Positions 1 to 11,822 of a stretch of 64,000 bases of DNA are shown here, one piece after another. The position numbers and the translations under genes are program-made. Origin of the DNA: Mobula hypostoma (taxonomy: Eukaryota); NCBI RefSeq assembly GCF_963921235.1, contig NC_086108.1, positions 50,036,001 through 50,100,000 of the forward strand, read 5' to 3'. Under the pieces are notes generated by a model. It was not told where the DNA came from, did not search any database, and saw only the letters and a program-made list of their open reading frames with translations. Each line of letters opens with the position of its first letter. Positions within the stretch are counted from its first letter, which is position 1.

Positions 1-519
1 CAGGATGCCTTCTCCTAGAGAGAGTAGCAACAATATTGAGCTTCCTCCATTTATAGACAATTTCTCTTATTGTGGACTGATGAACACTGACGTCTTTAGA
101 AATGCTTCTGTAGCCTTTTCCAGCTTCATGCATCTCTACAGTTCTTGTCCTTTGAAAGTTGTTTTGATTGAGGCATGATGCACAAAAACAGATCCTTCTT
201 GAGAAGAGCAGGCTCTGCCAGTCTTTTATATGGCAGGCCACCTCTACAAACCATACCTCCAATCTAATCAATTGGAACACCTGACTCCAAATAGCTTTTG
301 TAGAAGGCACTAGCATAGAGGTTCCAGTAAATGCATGTAATATTGGTTCATTTTTCTCAATAAATAAGTAAATGAATAAGTATAATGTTTTGTGTTTATA
401 TAATTGGGTTCTCGTTATCTAGTTTTAGGACTTACGTGAAGATCCGATCACATTTTAGGTCATATTTATGCAGAAATAGAGAAAATTGTACAGGTTTCGC
501 AAACTTCCTAGTGCCACTG
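1..519 (-). mobile_element. Tc1-like DNA transposon, left end with start of decayed transposase (cut by window edge)
   Basis: Reverse complement of 1-177 (ATGCCTCAATCAAAACAAC...GATGCATGAAGCTGGAAAAGGCTAC...GTTCATCAGTCCACA) matches the transposase start of the Tc1 at 39189; ends ...GTGCCACTG followed by TA (520-521). Confidence 0.8.
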
Positions 520-755
520 TACCTCACAATAGAAAATGTGCAAATGCCTTTGAGAAAAGTTTTTTAAGAATAGCTTCTGTGATGACAGACTATAGTGGCA
601 AGAATAGATAAAAGGGGCTGGGACTTTTTTTTAAAGAGAAGACTAATAAGATATAGAAGTACGTAAAATAATGGGAAGACCAGACAGGTTTGCTGTTCAC
701 ATTGATGGAGAAGTTGAAGACTAGTGATCGCAGCTATAAAATAACCTGAGCAATA

Positions 756-1247
756 CAAGTTTCCCCCGCTATCCAAAGGTAGAGCATTCTTGTGAAACCG
801 TTAGTAAGCTGAAATGGCGTAAGGTGAAGATGCAATTACCATTAATTTATATGGGAAAAATTTTTGAGCGTTCCCAGACCCAAAAAATAACCTACCAAAT
901 AGCACATAAACCTAAAATAATACTAGTAAAAGCAGGAATGATATGATAAATACACAGCCTATATAAAGTAGAAATAATGTATGTACAGTGTAGTTTCACT
1001 TAACAAAATCGGGAAGATCTAGCCAAAACCGATTTGTAGAAAAAAATTGGCACGTACACGCATGTGCACACACCTGCCCGCACAAGGCTTCACGGTCATC
1101 GTAGTCTTTCTCTGGGTAAACACAAGTTTAAAGTGGGTATCTTACTCATAAAAGCGGAAATCCTCTTTCGGTTAGCAAAAACAGCTACTAATGTAGGTCT
1201 TTTGTAAAAGCGAAGTGGCGTAAAGTGAACGTTCGTAAAGCGGGGGA
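756..1247. mobile_element. Short non-autonomous Tigger/pogo-family element (MITE-like)
   Basis: Starts TA|CAAGTTTCCCCCGCTATCC and ends ...GTTCGTAAAGCGGGGGA; both ends match the elements at 54941 and 57823; right TIR truncated. Confidence 0.8.
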
Positions 1248-4084
1248 GAAAAAAGTGAAAAGTTTGTGCAGCATGTGATTGGAGCTTGTAAAGCTGTGCC
1301 AGCAGATGTGGTCTGGTCAAATTAAGAGGGAATTGAATAAGGCTTCTTTGCAGGGACTAGTACTTGGAGTTAATGGTGTAGTAATGGCATTAAAGTGTTG
1401 GCCATATAGTTGTCTCTTGTGCTGTAAGCATTCTATAATTGTGTTCAAATCCTGAAACAATTCATTTCATGCCGTGTTTAATATTTTTAAAGCAAGATCT
1501 CAGTGACAGCTGTATAAATGCCCTGATAATATTGAAGCCAACAGCACTCATTATTGGAATGTACCTGACAGACCATTTAGAATGCAATACTTTGGCTTGT
1601 TCAGAGATGTCCACAGTATGGTGGTGATGCTGTTCTGGTTTTTCTGAGGCATGACCAGTTTTTAACTCATGATAAAAAACCAAGACCACTTACTTGACAA
1701 GTGCAGTGAAATATGAGGGAAAAAGTACAACCCAGGCTGGTACTTGTGACACAGTTTCTATATCGGACATGAAATATTTGGTTAGTGAGGGATTAGCTTA
1801 AAGGTAAGTTGGTGCAGATTTAGTGAACTGAAGGGCCAATTTTGTGTTGTATCTCTGTAAATCTATTATCATTTTTGGGTTAAAGGAGGAAGTCTTGGTC
1901 TAAAATTGTGTACACTGTTGATTCTTCACACTTTGATTTTACAGGCAGGGAAGCAAACCATTGTGCATATTTTGAACTGAACCAAAATTGTACTTTGTGA
2001 AAGTAATGTGAATCAACAGTCTTCATTCGTCATTTGCCATTTTGATTATCCTGTATTGTGATTACTAGATCTGTGTGCAGTTGGGTGAGGGAGGATAAAG
2101 TTCCCACTAGACTGTTGCTGCTTGACTACTCCCAAGTCTGTGTGGTCAGAAGTGGAAGTAAGCTTTCCTCTCACCCAATTGTCTGTTAAAGAGGGGAAAC
2201 ATTTTATGATAAAGGAAAGCTGGAAATGCAAACGCTGCTCTAATAGAAATCTTCCAATGGGTGGTTGTTCTTTTCCTTAGTAATGAGTTTGAGCATTTTA
2301 GGGTATAGCAACAGTTTGAGGAAATCTCTGCCATTTGGCATTGACCTAACTATTGAGTTTTGAAGTGAATTGTTTGTGTCACTTCACAGTTTTGGGGTCT
2401 GGAGTCTCATATAGTTTGCAAATGCCTACCTGAATGCAGGGGATATGAGGTGACTCACTTCCTTTGTTGACACTGCATCTACTGGAATACCTGACCCAAT
2501 CACAGTTATATAAGAAAAACTGAATCATTGGCCACCATCACTGCATTTGAAACTAAAACTGGTAATTCAACAACTGCTTGTCTCCTTCATTCCCCTCTCA
2601 TTTACCCAGGACATCTGGGGTTTGCAGAAAGTAGAGAGGTTTGAGTATTACCTGACCAAGCTGATGATCTTGAAAATTATTTTATTATTAAACTGATTTT
2701 TATTCATAAACCCCATCTCATTTTGGACCTATTCCAGTAATTGAGGTGATGTAGAGCTTACTTGGATTTAAACATTTTTACTGAAGTCTCCTCATGACCT
2801 TCCTTAAATTCAATCCAACCTTCTGTCTTAGAGGCTACCTATAAGCAACTTGTATTTTTTTCTGGAGATTTCATTAGCTCCAATTTGAATTTCTTTATTA
2901 ATATGGTGAGAGGCAAGTGTCATCCATAATGTAAATGCAAATGTTGTGGAATCTGGAAATTGGAAAAAAAAACAAATTAGACGTTCAGGATAAAACTAAA
3001 GAGGATTTTTTTTACAGTTGTAAATCCTTTACTTTGGAGGGATGCAAGTGTTCAGTCATTGACTCTATTCAAGACCTAGACTGATTGATAGATACTTGGA
3101 TATTAAGGGAATCAAAGAATACAAATATGGTGTGGAGAGGTGAACTTGAGGGACATGATTAGCCGGGATATTATTGAATGGTAAAGCAGATTGGGCTGTT
3201 GGAGCATACAGTATGTCCACTGACCACTAGAATGTGGGGTCTTGGCTGCATTGTGGTCAGTAATTATAGGCAATTGGTAGGAACTGCACCACCTCAATCC
3301 TACAGCCTTGACATCTCGTGTTGGATGTGACAGAAGCTCCGATCTATTTTAGTGTTGATTCCATCAACACCATTGTGGGAATGCTTTCTGAACACTAAAT
3401 AAGATATCAGAGTACTTGTAGAAAGCTAGATATTTTGGGATTAGAGTTGTCAGTGTTCAGGCACTGCACCATCCAAGATTGCAGCTTACTTGTGGCACCA
3501 TTAGGACAAATTTCAATTTAGTAATATGCAAGAAATAAAATAGAAGTTTAGCTGGACTAGACGTTTGCTAGCGTGACTAAATGACGCAGAGAGAACAGGA
3601 TATAATAATGTTAGGATGCAGTTGGATCCTATTGGATGCCTGTTGGATCTTCACTTTAATGACTGATGATGTGAGCCAAATTGGGTGGATGTTGGGAAGT
3701 TGCCGTAGAATCCACTTGACTGAACATGATTCTTTTGTCTGACATGTTTGCATATACGTAAAATCACTTGCACCCCTGCTTGGCTGTACAAATGGATTGC
3801 CATGTTGATCTTTAAGGAGACCTTTAGACCTTTCTCACCCTAGCTGTTCTTTCTCTCTTAAAGTACCTGTCGAATCTCTTGGGATTTTGCTTCACCTTGC
3901 TTGATATCCTCTTTTTAGCTAGCTGTCTTGTGACTCAGTCCGATGGGAAAAGTATGCTTTTGGTTGTGAATGGCAGTGGAAATAATGTTAAATAATTATT
4001 GAGCAGAAGATTTTAAAATGTCTGTTCCTATTTTGATGGATGGGATTGACATTTCTGTTTTTATATTTTTTCTTTTGTCTGCAG

Positions 4085-4116
4085 GCAAGCAGAGGCCCTT
4101 AAGGCTGACATGACAG
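4085..4116 (+). CDS. SMG7: SMG7 coding exon 2 (32 nt): (R)QAEALKADMT(D)
   Basis: Polypyrimidine tract + ctgcag acceptor, gtacga donor; peptide matches the vertebrate SMG7 N-terminus; phase joins exon 3. Confidence 0.93.
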
Positions 4117-4369
4117 GTACGATAACATTATTTTTCTTAAATTTATACTGTTTTTGAAAATGTGATGTCCGGATTTTCAGGACTGTGAAGAATAATTTAT
4201 TCAGCCCAATTCCTGTCATGGTAACAAAATAAGACATTCTTATGACAGTGTTAAGCTACCTGCTTATTTTTTTCCACAGATAACTTCATTCAATTCTAAA
4301 TCTGGCTATTGCTAATTTTAATGTCTGTTAGTCAAACAATTTGATTTTCCAGTGTAGGAGTCTAAATTT

Positions 4370-4610
4370 AAAGAATGAGGTTTAGGTTTAAAGGAAACCT
4401 CTGAGGCAAATTTTTTCACATAGAAGGGTGGTAAGTATGTAATATGAGCTGTCAGCAGAAGTCGAGTACAATTACAACATTTGGACAGGTTCATGGGTAG
4501 GAAGTGTCTAGAGGGACATAGGTCACTGTAGGCAAATAGAATTAGTGCAGGAAGGCACTTTGGTCAGCATGGGAGAATTGGGCTGAGGTACCTATTTGTA
4601 CTGTATGTTT
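4370..4610 (+). mobile_element. Decayed CR1 LINE 3' fragment
   Basis: Resembles the 3' end of the CR1 at 62530-62810 (TTTAAAGG...TTTTTCACA...GAGCTG.CAG..GAAGT...TTGGACAGGT.CATGG); edges approximate. Confidence 0.6.
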
Positions 4611-6242
4611 AGGACTCAAACTTCTGGAAAAGTTTAGACTTACTGCTTTCAGGAATTACTATTTAACACTGTACTTGAAAAATTGGATTTAAATGGAGAT
4701 TCTCATTACCTCAGATGAAGATGAATGTTGGGGTTTTAAAAAGAGCTATCCCTTTCATCTTATGCTCCTGATATTTATATTTTCTCCCCTATTATTTTTG
4801 TTGCTTTATGCTTTTTGGTTTGAACTGCATAGAACAGTACCAACCCTTTGGCCCATGATGTTCTGACCTTTTAACTTGTATAATCTTGTACATGCTCTTC
4901 CAGTTACACTACAGAAAAATTCTTATGACTTTAAATGAAAATTCATGAATTGCATCAATTTTCAGCTGGAGATTCTGTTTGCCATGAACACCAAAGCAGT
5001 GTATCTAATAAATGCATGTTCACTTACTCATGATGTGCATCTTAAATAACTAAAACAGTTTGTTTCCTGTATGCTGTTTTATGGTGTTCACTATATTTGA
5101 AATAATTGGTTAATAGAATTTGATATGTTATTGTTACCTTAACATTTTTACTCATTTATGCCATGTGTCTTAAGACAGGACAGATGTTTATTTGCCCATC
5201 CATAATAAATCAGCATCTTTCTCTACTCTCAAAACTGATATCATCTGTACCAAATTTGATTCCCTGCAGAACCCCTAGTCATTGTTTGAGGAAAATCTGT
5301 ATATGTAGTTGTTTTGATCTGTTTTTTTTCTGTGTTTATGGTTTTCATTGCCATATGTTCAAATTTATTTTTGCCTCAGTTTTTTCCCCTATGTATTTTC
5401 CCCTTCCTGAGCTGTTAGCTTTCTCTCCCATCCCTTCATCCTTTCCTGCTTTATCCTTTAGTTATAATAGTGGGGGGTGGGAATTACTTGCATGGTGCCT
5501 GGAATTGCTCACCTCATTCTTTCAACGACCATACTGACCTGGTCCTTTTGACCTATCCTGTTGGCTTTAATTTATACTCCTGTAGTGAATGAAAATGACA
5601 CCAGGATGTTCAACATCACCCTGAGGAAATCCTGCTCCCAAATACTTGCAACAGCCTTGACAACTGGCAAAGCAGATCTTTTTGCGAAAACTTTTGAGTT
5701 TAAGATCCTAAAATATTTTTAATTAGAGTGAATTAAAATACATCACTGAAATTGTAAAAGCACAGAATATTCCTTTTTTACATCTATGGCTGTAAAATCC
5801 CAAAGCAAATCAATTTAGTTTTGGATCTTGTGTCAGTGTTCTAGGATAGGACCTAGGTGAGATTTTATTTTTCTCTCCTCTCCTCTCTCCCCCCCACCCC
5901 CACCAATGCCTTATTTCTTTTTTTTCCTCCCTGGAGAAATTTTACCTGATGCAGCTCTGCTGCTGCACTCTGCATGGAGCCCAGTGGTAGAGAGAGCTGT
6001 CCAATAGTTTTTCAATCCATGTATGTAAGTCTTGGATTTCCATTTAAATAGGTAACTACTGAGCCAATAGTTTAGTGACATGCCTCCTGATTTCTGCTCA
6101 GTTACTTTGTGATAGAGGATGAAGCATCATCTTCCCATTGAGCAAAGTAGTGGGCTGCGTATTTGTTCTTTCCACTAGAAAGTACAGCTTCTGTGCTTTC
6201 ACAGTATTTGGTCGCACTAAAAAATATTGTTCTTTCATATCA

Positions 6243-6505
6243 AGCAGTAGTAAATCAAGGCAACTGGACTTGCTGTGTTGTCTAGAAGACATTTCACCAC
6301 TCATTTGAGAGGCCTCTTCAGTTCTGATCCATGGTGGGTAGTGGGTAGTTTTCCAGTGTCTCTGACTAGGCATCATAGATCAGACTGAAGAGGCCTCTCA
6401 GATGAGTGGCAAAACATCTTCTAGACAACACAGCAAGTCCAGTTGACTTGATTTACTAATGCTAGATATACAATTACCTGGATGACTGACAACCTTCATA
6501 GACAT
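6243..6505. mobile_element. Penelope-like terminal-repeat remnant forming a ~90-bp inverted repeat with hammerhead-like motifs
   Basis: 6243-6336 is the reverse complement of 6371-6463 with few mismatches; each arm has CTGAAGA-stem-(G/A)AAA; the right arm continues unpaired to about 6505. Confidence 0.7.
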
Positions 6506-6802
6506 ACTGCTTCTTTCATTTTTCCAGTCAGTTAATGTATAGATTTTCATTTGAGTGTCTGACTTTACTTTGCATATGTAATACAACTTTAATTGGTTTA
6601 GGCTCCTGTAACTCATATTTGCAGATGTCAATTGTCAGTGCATGCATTCATTTGTGTGTGTTTGTTAAAGTGACTTGACAAACTTTTTCAAATAATACCT
6701 TTATAATTTGATTTAAAGTGAAAAGGTACAGCATGCATGTGCCACAAAGGTAAGCTTATCTTTTAAAAGCCATATGCCATAACATACCATTTTTCTGAAC
6801 AG

Positions 6803-6920
6803 ATTCAAAGTTGGGTCCGGCTGAAGTCTGGACTTCCAGGCAAGCACTGCAGGACCTCTATCAGAAGATGCTGGTCACAGATTTGGAATATGCATTAGAT
6901 AAGAAGGTAGAGCAGGACCT
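6803..6920 (+). CDS. SMG7: SMG7 coding exon 3 (118 nt): DSKLGPAEVWTSRQALQDLYQKMLVTDLEYALDKKVEQDL
   Basis: aacag acceptor, gtaagt donor, recognisable SMG7 peptide. Confidence 0.97.
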
Positions 6921-7309
6921 GTAAGTATGCAATAGAAACCAGATAAGTCGCAGAAATGAATTTGTGCCTTTGTTCCAATTCCAGTTTTCTCTTCAACTGC
7001 ATGTAAGAATTGGACTTCTCAAAGTAAATGAAAGAAAATTGCATGTAGGGCATAACATTTTTTTTTATTCTTCCTTGAATTCTCTTCAATTCAGCAAGGC
7101 CTGGACCAGCTGCAACTTATTAATAATAATTGTTTGTATTACATTTATTTGTTCTAATCACTTGTAAAAGAAAATAATGAGTTTGCCAAGACAATAGGCA
7201 CATTTTTTCTCTGCTGGTGCATTTAGTAAATGGTAAAATGTAGCAGATATTGAGATATTTCCACTAGTTGGAGAATCTTAAATGAGGAATGGCTGTGGGG
7301 GGGGGTGGG

Positions 7310-7645
7310 AGAGCTACAGAAGTGGTAGAGATAGCTAAGTCCATCGTAGGAAAAGCCAGCATTGAGCATATCTACAAGCAGTACTGCCACAAGAAAGTGG
7401 AATTCATCATCAGGGACCCCACCATTCTGGCCATGCTCTCCTCTCGCTGCTCGAAGGAGATGCAGGAGACTTAGATCCCACACCACCAGATACAGGGACA
7501 GACTTAACCTTCAACCATCTGGCTTCTGAACTAGCTTGAATAATTTTACTCACCTCAACTCTGAACTGATTCTACATCTCATGTCCTCACTATTATTTAT
7601 TGATTGATTTGTTTTTGCACTTTGGTTGTTTGTCATTCTTTGTAG
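7310..7645 (+). mobile_element. Rex1/Babar-type LINE 3' fragment, interrupted by an L1 (resumes about 10379-10460)
   Basis: Peptide VVEIAKSIVGKASIEHIYKQYCHKKVEFIIRDP resembles the C-terminus of the copy at 48940; the 3' UTR resumes after the L1. Confidence 0.65.
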
Positions 7646-10368
7646 TTTTTATTTTTTAAAATTTTATTTTTATTTGGATAAGCACTTCACAAGTATCATG
7701 TACTTTTCCCACACATAACCTTTTCCATTTTTTTATATGTATAAAACTATAATTATTTATGCATTCTTAAGTACACATTGAGATGATATAAAAGGAAATT
7801 AGACACTTAAATAGATAATTATGTACAGTGGTAATTCTAATCTATTAGGCTAAGTAATGGTATTAGTTGTTAAGAAACATAGTAACAATAGTTTCCATAA
7901 ATCCCTTCTGGACCATTTCTTCTGGTCCAAAATGTTGTATGTAAGCCTATGTAACAACCATTGTAGGTGTTTATATCTTAACTTGTACATGCTTGCTCCT
8001 GCCCCCAGACATAATTATCCAATCCCTATGTACTTATTTACTTAATTTTATCATTTTTTATCCCTTTCCCAAATCATTTCCTTTACTTGTATTAATTCTC
8101 TATTTTCCAAAAGAAAACAAAAACAGTAAACATTTAGACTAGGGGTGCTTACGTTAGCAATATTACTGTGTTGATGAGAAGAGCAGTATAAATCATTAGG
8201 AGAGTCATCTAAAGTCTGCTCGCATTGGGGTTATGTATTCAATCCATTTATTCCAGATTTGATAAAATTTTTCTTTTTGAATTCTCAGGGAGTAAGTCAA
8301 CTTTTCCATTTTAAATATTTCCAAGATAATTTCGTGCCAATCTTCTAATGTAGGTGGTATTGGATTTAGCCACTTTCTAGTGATTGATTTCTTACTTGCC
8401 GCTAAGAGGGCCTGCAGCAACTTTGTATCTTCCTTCTGTTCAAGAAACAATACATGCCCCAAATAGAGTGTCTCAAAGTTCAGAGGTATCTGGGACCTAA
8501 GTACCTTAACTAATGTTCTATGAATACCTTCCCAATATAGACTTAATTTAGGGCAATCCCAGAAAATATGAAAATGATTTGCCTCCTTGGAGCCGCACCT
8601 TCTCCAACACATCACATTTGTATCTTTATATTTTTCCTGATATGGGGTCTTGAAGTATCTTATAATGTTTTTCCAACAATGTTCTCTCCAAGTCAAAGAA
8701 TTAGTCGAGGACCACTGAAAGCTGCATATTTTCCCCCATGCCTCCTCTGAAAGTACCAAACCCGCTTCTTTCTCCCACTTCTCTTTAATATACAATGTGT
8801 TTACATTTTTAGCATGGGAGAGTGCATTATATAATCGAGAAACTGATTTACTAGGTATTGAACTGCAAGCGGAATTCAGGATCTTGAAAAATTCTAATTC
8901 TACTGTTGATAGGTCTGTATATCTACAACTCTGGTTAACATAGTTTCGTACTTGAAGGTACCTAAAAAAGTCATTGTGTTCTAGGCCATGTTTGTCCTGC
9001 AGGATTTGGAAACTTTGTAATACTCTTATCTATAAATGAGAGGTAGGTTGTAAGACCTTTCTTTATCCATAATATAAATCTTTTATCTCCTCTGTTGGGA
9101 AGGAATTCGGTATCATATGCACACCATCTGAAGAGTTTTAACATGTTATTAATTCACACTAATTAATCACCTTCGGCCATACTTTTAATGTAAGATTTAT
9201 CCAGCTGTTTTTAAATTTTTCCAATTGGGCCACCAATCCTTTGTCAGCTATTGAGGCCTGTAGAGGAAAACTGTCAACTAATCCAAATTCTATTTCCTTC
9301 CATCTAGCCTTATATTTCCTTCCATCTAGCCTTATATTTCCTATTACACCAATATAATAGAGGGGTTATTTGTGAGGCATAAAAATAATTTCTTAGGCAA
9401 GGAAGAACCATACCTCCTCCTTCCTTCCCTAACTGTAAGGTGTTATATCGAATTCTAGGTTTCTTTCCTTGCCAAATGAAGCGGAAAATCCATTTGTCCC
9501 ATTCCCTGAATTGATTATCATCCACCTCCACAGGTAAAGTGCAGAAAAGATACAGTAACCGAGGAAGAATATTCATTTTTATAGTATTTATCCTTGAATT
9601 TAAACTTAAAAAGGGGATAAGATTCCATCTATGCATATCTGCTTTTATCTCTGAGATTAATGGCCCATAATTTACCTGTGACAGCGTTGAAAGATCCTTC
9701 AGCAGGGTTATTCCTAAATATTTTAATGATTTAGCTTCCCACTTAAGATCGTATGTATCCTGCAATTTTTTGGATGGTGTATAATTTAGGGACATAACCT
9801 GCATTTTCTTTACATTTATTTTATAACCTGATATTTTCCCAAAGTCATCCAACAGTGTAAACAATCCTATAAATGATTTTTCTGGTTCACTCAGATAGAC
9901 CAAAACATCATCTGCAAATAACGCCACTTTCTGTTTAATCCCTGCCACCTTGATACCTTTTACGATTTCGCTCTGTCTTATTAGTTGGGCAAGTGGTTCA
10001 ATATATAGCGCAAAAAGGAGAGGAGAAATTGGGCATCCCTGTCTAGTGCCTCTCTCTAAGATGAAAGAGTCAGAGAGGTCCCCATTTATCTTAATTCGGG
10101 CTGTAGGGCTGTCATATAGAGTTTGAATTACTTTAATAAACTTTTCTTGAAAGCCGAATCTTCCTAACACTCTGTATAGGAATGCCCAACTAACCGAATC
10201 AAAAGCTTTCTCAGCATCTAATCCTACTACCATTGTCTCTGTCTCGTTCTTATTAACCTGTTCTAATATGTGTAGAGTTCTCCTTATGTTGTCCTGTGTT
10301 TGTCTTTGTTGAATAAATCCAGTCTGGTCTAAGTGGATTAGGCCAGGTAAAAGCCTTTCCAATCTGGG
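7646..10368 (-). mobile_element. 5'-truncated L1/Tx1 LINE (ORF2 reverse transcriptase and C-terminal Cys motif)
   Basis: ORFs 9310..10491 ([28 protein letters not shown]) and 8205..8795 (CWRRC..HIFWDC); T-rich tail at 7646; TSD TTCTTTGTAG at 7636-7645 and 10369-10378. Confidence 0.92.
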
Positions 10369-10469
10369 TTCTTTGTAGATTTTCATTGATTCTATTGTAT
10401 TTCTTTGTTCCACTGTAAATACATGCAAGAATCTGAATCTCAGGTTAGCATATGGTGACATATTGAATT

Positions 10470-11402
10470 GAATTGACATTATTACTTGCATCCTTCATAC
10501 ACGAGAAGTAAAAATCTTTACGTTACGTCTCCATCTAAATATGTAATGTGCAATTTATAATAAATAATATGTACAACAGGATAGTCAATATAACATAGAA
10601 ATACAGTTGTGTCAGTATGAGTTAAGCAGTCTGGTGGCCTGGTGGAAGTTGTCCCAGAGCCTGTTGGTCCTGGCTTTTATGCTGTGGTATCATTTCCTGG
10701 ATGGTAGCAGCTGGAACAGTTGTGGTTGGGGTGACTTGTGTCCCCAATGATCCTTTGGGTCCTTTTTATACACCTGTCTTTGTAAATGTCCTGAGTAGTG
10801 GGAGTTCACATCTATAGAAGAGCTGGGCTATCCACACCACTCTTTGCAGAGTCCTGCAATTGAGGGAAGTAAAATTCTCATACCAGGCACTGATGCAGCC
10901 AGCCAGGATGCTCTCAATTGTGCCCCTATAGAAAGTTCTTAAGGTTTGGGGGCCCACACCAAACTTCTTCAACAGTCTGAGATGAAAGAGGCATTGTGGT
11001 GCCTTTTTCACCACACAGCCAGTATGTATAGACCATGTGAGGTCCTCGGAGATGTTATGCCGAGGAACTTAAAGCTCAGCCCCAGATACATTGATATCAA
11101 TAGGGGTTAGCCTGTCTCCATTCCTCCTGTAGCCCACAACCAGCTCCTTTGTTTTTGCGACATTGAGGGAGAGGTTGTTTTCTTGACGCCACTCTGTCAG
11201 GGTGATGACTTCTTCTGCAAACTGCCTCATTATTATTTGAGATTAGGCCAATCAGTATAGTGTCATCAGCAAATGTAATTAGATTGGAGCTATGGGTGGT
11301 GACACAGTCATGGATATACAGAGAGTAAAAGAAGGGGCTTGGTACACAGCCCTGAGGGGCACCTGTATTGAGGATCAGAGGGCAGAGGTGAGGGAGCCCA
11401 AT
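10470..11402 (-). mobile_element. Rex1/Babar-type LINE fragment, host of the Penelope insertion (resumes 15276-15315)
   Basis: ORF pieces LNTGAPQGCVPSPFFYSLYIHDCV..FADD and VKKAPQCLFHLRLLKKFG..FYRGTIESIL. Confidence 0.8.
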
Positions 11403-11456
11403 CTTACCACCTGCTCGTGAACGCAGCAGGCCAGGCAGCATCTTTAGGACGAGGTA

Positions 11457-11494
11457 CAGTTGACGTTTCAGGCCGAGACCCTTCGTCAGGACTG
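11457..11494 (-). ncRNA. Minimal type I hammerhead ribozyme motif in the inverted pLTR
   Basis: Minus strand reads CAGTC-CTGACGA-AGGGTCTCGGCCT-GAAACGTC-AACTG; one mismatch at the base of stem I. Confidence 0.65.
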
Positions 11495-11648
11495 ACTGAA
11501 GGAAGAGTTAGTAAGAGATTTGAAAGTGGGAGGGGGAGATCCAAAATGATAGGAGAAGACAGGAGGGAGAGGGATGGAGCCAAGAGCTGGACAGGTGATC
11601 CCCCCTCCCCCTCCCACTTTCAAATCTCTTACTAACTCTTCCTTCAGT

Positions 11649-11686
11649 TAGTCCTGACGAAGGGTCTCGGCCTGAAACGTCGACTG
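11649..11686 (+). ncRNA. Minimal type I hammerhead ribozyme motif in the 5' pLTR
   Basis: TAGTC-CTGACGA-AGG(GTCTCGG)CCT-GAAACGTC-GACTG: CUGANGA and GAAA cores, GUC site (predicted cut after 11681), stem I TAGTC/GACTG, loop-less palindromic stem III (ACGT). Confidence 0.78.
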
Positions 11687-11822
11687 TACCTCTTCCTAGA
11701 GATGCTGCCTGGCCTGCTGTGTTCACCAGCAACTTTGATATGTGTTGCTTGAATTTCCAGCATCTGCAGTATTCCTGTTGTTTGCGTTTTTAAAATTCAC
11801 TACTGCGAAGCCCATTCCGGTG

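Noticed and set aside
5163..5537. 124-aa ORF and other short intronic ORFs in the track
   Set aside because: No recognisable domains; they are AT-rich chance ORFs or alternate frames of TEs.
6625..6749. Possible exon between TTTGCAG| and AAG|GTAAGC
   Set aside because: It would leave a 53-nt intron before exon 3, too short for typical vertebrate splicing.
9291..9341. 22-bp tandem duplication (TATTTCCTTCCATCTAGCCTTA)
   Set aside because: A local slippage duplication that disrupts the L1 ORF2; no sign of function.
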